Shown here piece after piece: positions 62,796 through 64,000 of a DNA stretch of 64,000 nt. The notes under the pieces are model-generated. The model saw only the letters and a list, made by a program, of their open reading frames with translations, was not told where the DNA came from and ran no database searches. Position numbers and translations under genes: made by a program. Numbering within the stretch: the stretch's first letter is position 1; each line of letters begins with the position of its first letter. This DNA is from an uncultured virus (IMG/VR IMGVR_UViG_3300010391_000110) (lineage: Duplodnaviria; Heunggongvirae; Uroviricota; Caudoviricetes): IMG/VR virus record IMGVR_UViG_3300010391_000110, one strand, 5' to 3'.

Positions 62796-64000
62796 GGATC
62801 GCATCTGCGCTCGTCACCGCCGATCGCCCCGGAAACTGTCTTTCGGCCACCCTTGAAAGCCTTGCCGATACAGGGTTCTTCAAGGTGCCGGAGTTTCTTC
62901 CGCTGCACATCTTCTTCGACCGGAAAGACCTCCCGGCCGTCTCGGTGCATCAGGGGACGCCAGGCCTCACGTTCCACGGAATGAGCGACGTCGAGTTCGC
63001 GGAGTATGAGAAGCTGGAGCCGATCGGAAGGTGTGCGTTCGCCCACCACAGGCCGATCAGGTTCATGGCCGAACTCGCCCGGTTCGACCTTCTCGATGCC
63101 GCCCTTGTCCTCGAGGACGACGTGGTGTTCTCTAAGGGCTGGATCGACTACATGCGCTGCGTCCTTCATGAGATCTCGGAGAACATGAGGGCTAACGCCC
63201 AGCCAGCGACGCGCTGGATCTGCTCCCTGTACAGGCTGCATCAGGACGTCGAGCGGTTCCACCGGGCCGGCTTGCGGTGGAGTCGGGTGGCCAATTCGGA
63301 CTTCTTCGGAACCCAGGCGAACATCTATGGGAAGGACGCCGTCCGGACCCTTCCGGAATGGGTCTTCCAGAAAACGCTTGTCGAGAAGTTGTACGCGATC
63401 GACCTTGCGGTATGCGCGTATTCCGAATGGAACGGGATTCCCACGTACATCTCGGTGCCCAGCGTCGTCCAACACGCCGGGCGGTTTACCACGGGCCAGA
63501 GCCGGTGGTTTCACCAGTCCCCGTGCTTCTTCGACGCGGCGCCGGAATGGCCGGACCCTCCCGACGTCGGATCCGGAGGCGGGGAGGAGGTTGTCGCGGC
63601 CGCCGCCGGCCTGACCGGGATCGCGGCGTCCGCGACGATCATCCAGGCCGGCGCCTACGACGCCTCGACGACCCACCGCCTGGCGGCCGCGTTCGGAGAG
63701 GACCGCGTGCCGGCCATCCACATCTTCGAGCCCGACCCAAGGAACGTGGGCAGGATCGCGGGGATGACGCTACCCAGGAACGCGCGCCTCATCGGCAAGG
63801 CTCTCGGCGTGTCGGAAGGGGACGCCACGCTTCACATGTCGGACGAATTCCCGATGTTCTCGTCCACGAGGAAGCCCAAGCTGTCCCCGCTCCCGTCCGT
63901 CGAGGTCAGGTTCCAGAAGACGTCCGCCGTCCCCGGGACGACGCTGGACGGCTACGCGAAGGCGGCCGGACTGGAGAAAGTGGATCTCCTGTGGTGCGAC
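62792..64000 (+). CDS. GT-A glycosyltransferase fused to FkbM-family methyltransferase (runs off the window; not in ORF track)
   Basis: Manual translation from GTG 62792: LVLEDDVVF, FFGTQA, PSVVQHAG, then IIQAGAYDA, IFEPDPRN, TTLDGY...VDLLWCD. Confidence 0.8.
   Translation, partial: MRIASALVTADRPGNCLSATLESLADTGFFKVPEFLPLHIFFDRKDLPAVSVHQGTPGLTFHGMSDVEFAEYEKLEPIGRCAFAHHRPIRFMAELARFDLLDAALVLEDDVVFSKGWIDYMRCVLHEISENMRANAQPATRWICSLYRLHQDVERFHRAGLRWSRVANSDFFGTQANIYGKDAVRTLPEWVFQKTLVEKLYAIDLAVCAYSEWNGIPTYISVPSVVQHAGRFTTGQSRWFHQSPCFFDAAPEWPDPPDVGSGGGEEVVAAAAGLTGIAASATIIQAGAYDASTTHRLAAAFGEDRVPAIHIFEPDPRNVGRIAGMTLPRNARLIGKALGVSEGDATLHMSDEFPMFSSTRKPKLSPLPSVEVRFQKTSAVPGTTLDGYAKAAGLEKVDLLWCD

Noticed and set aside
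1..64000. Genome-wide TGA reassignment (genetic code 4 or 25)
   Set aside because: Many genes end in TGA overlapping the next start (e.g. 28466-28469, 44288-44291, 58876-58879), and Trp is encoded by TGG in conserved enzymes.
1..64000. CRISPR array, tRNA (including tRNA-Sec), rRNA, integrase, reverse transcriptase/DGR
   Set aside because: I could not recognise regularly spaced repeats, cloverleafs or the relevant protein motifs by eye; a tRNAscan/Infernal run is still advisable.

Overview
This high-GC window looks like part of a large (>64 kb) virus or provirus of a bacterium, judged from sigma70-type promoters and Shine-Dalgarno sites. It has three blocks. (1) A leftward early/replication arm (~2.4-24.5 kb) encodes a DinG/XPD-like helicase, a Sak4-like AAA ATPase, an SSB-like protein, a primase-SF3 helicase with an adjacent iteron-like origin, HNH and DEDDh nucleases, a GHKL ATPase-HExxH fusion, a Mom-like DNA-modifying enzyme, an SF2 helicase and a ParB/DGQHR protein. 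(2) A rightward morphogenesis arm (~25.5-52.3 kb) has no recognisable terminase, portal, HK97 capsid or tail genes. It carries a transglutaminase-like protein, two Cys-rich candidate capsid proteins, a spike, lysis-like genes and many membrane-anchored proteins that share an Arg/Pro-rich N-terminal leader ending in [LM]G(Q). (3) A glycosylation/fucosylation cluster runs from 54 kb to the window end. The most striking observation is that at least three structural-arm genes, possibly four, read through in-frame TGA codons in Cys-like contexts. Each TGA is followed by a short GUC/GUG-loop hairpin at bacterial-SECIS distance, which suggests virus-encoded virion selenoproteins. A retropepsin-like protease missed by the ORF track (<1..245) carries the same leader and is a candidate maturation protease. 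A four-promoter operator regulon and two structurally equivalent pseudoknot-like 5' leaders were also seen. All family assignments come from motif recognition by eye; no database search was run.
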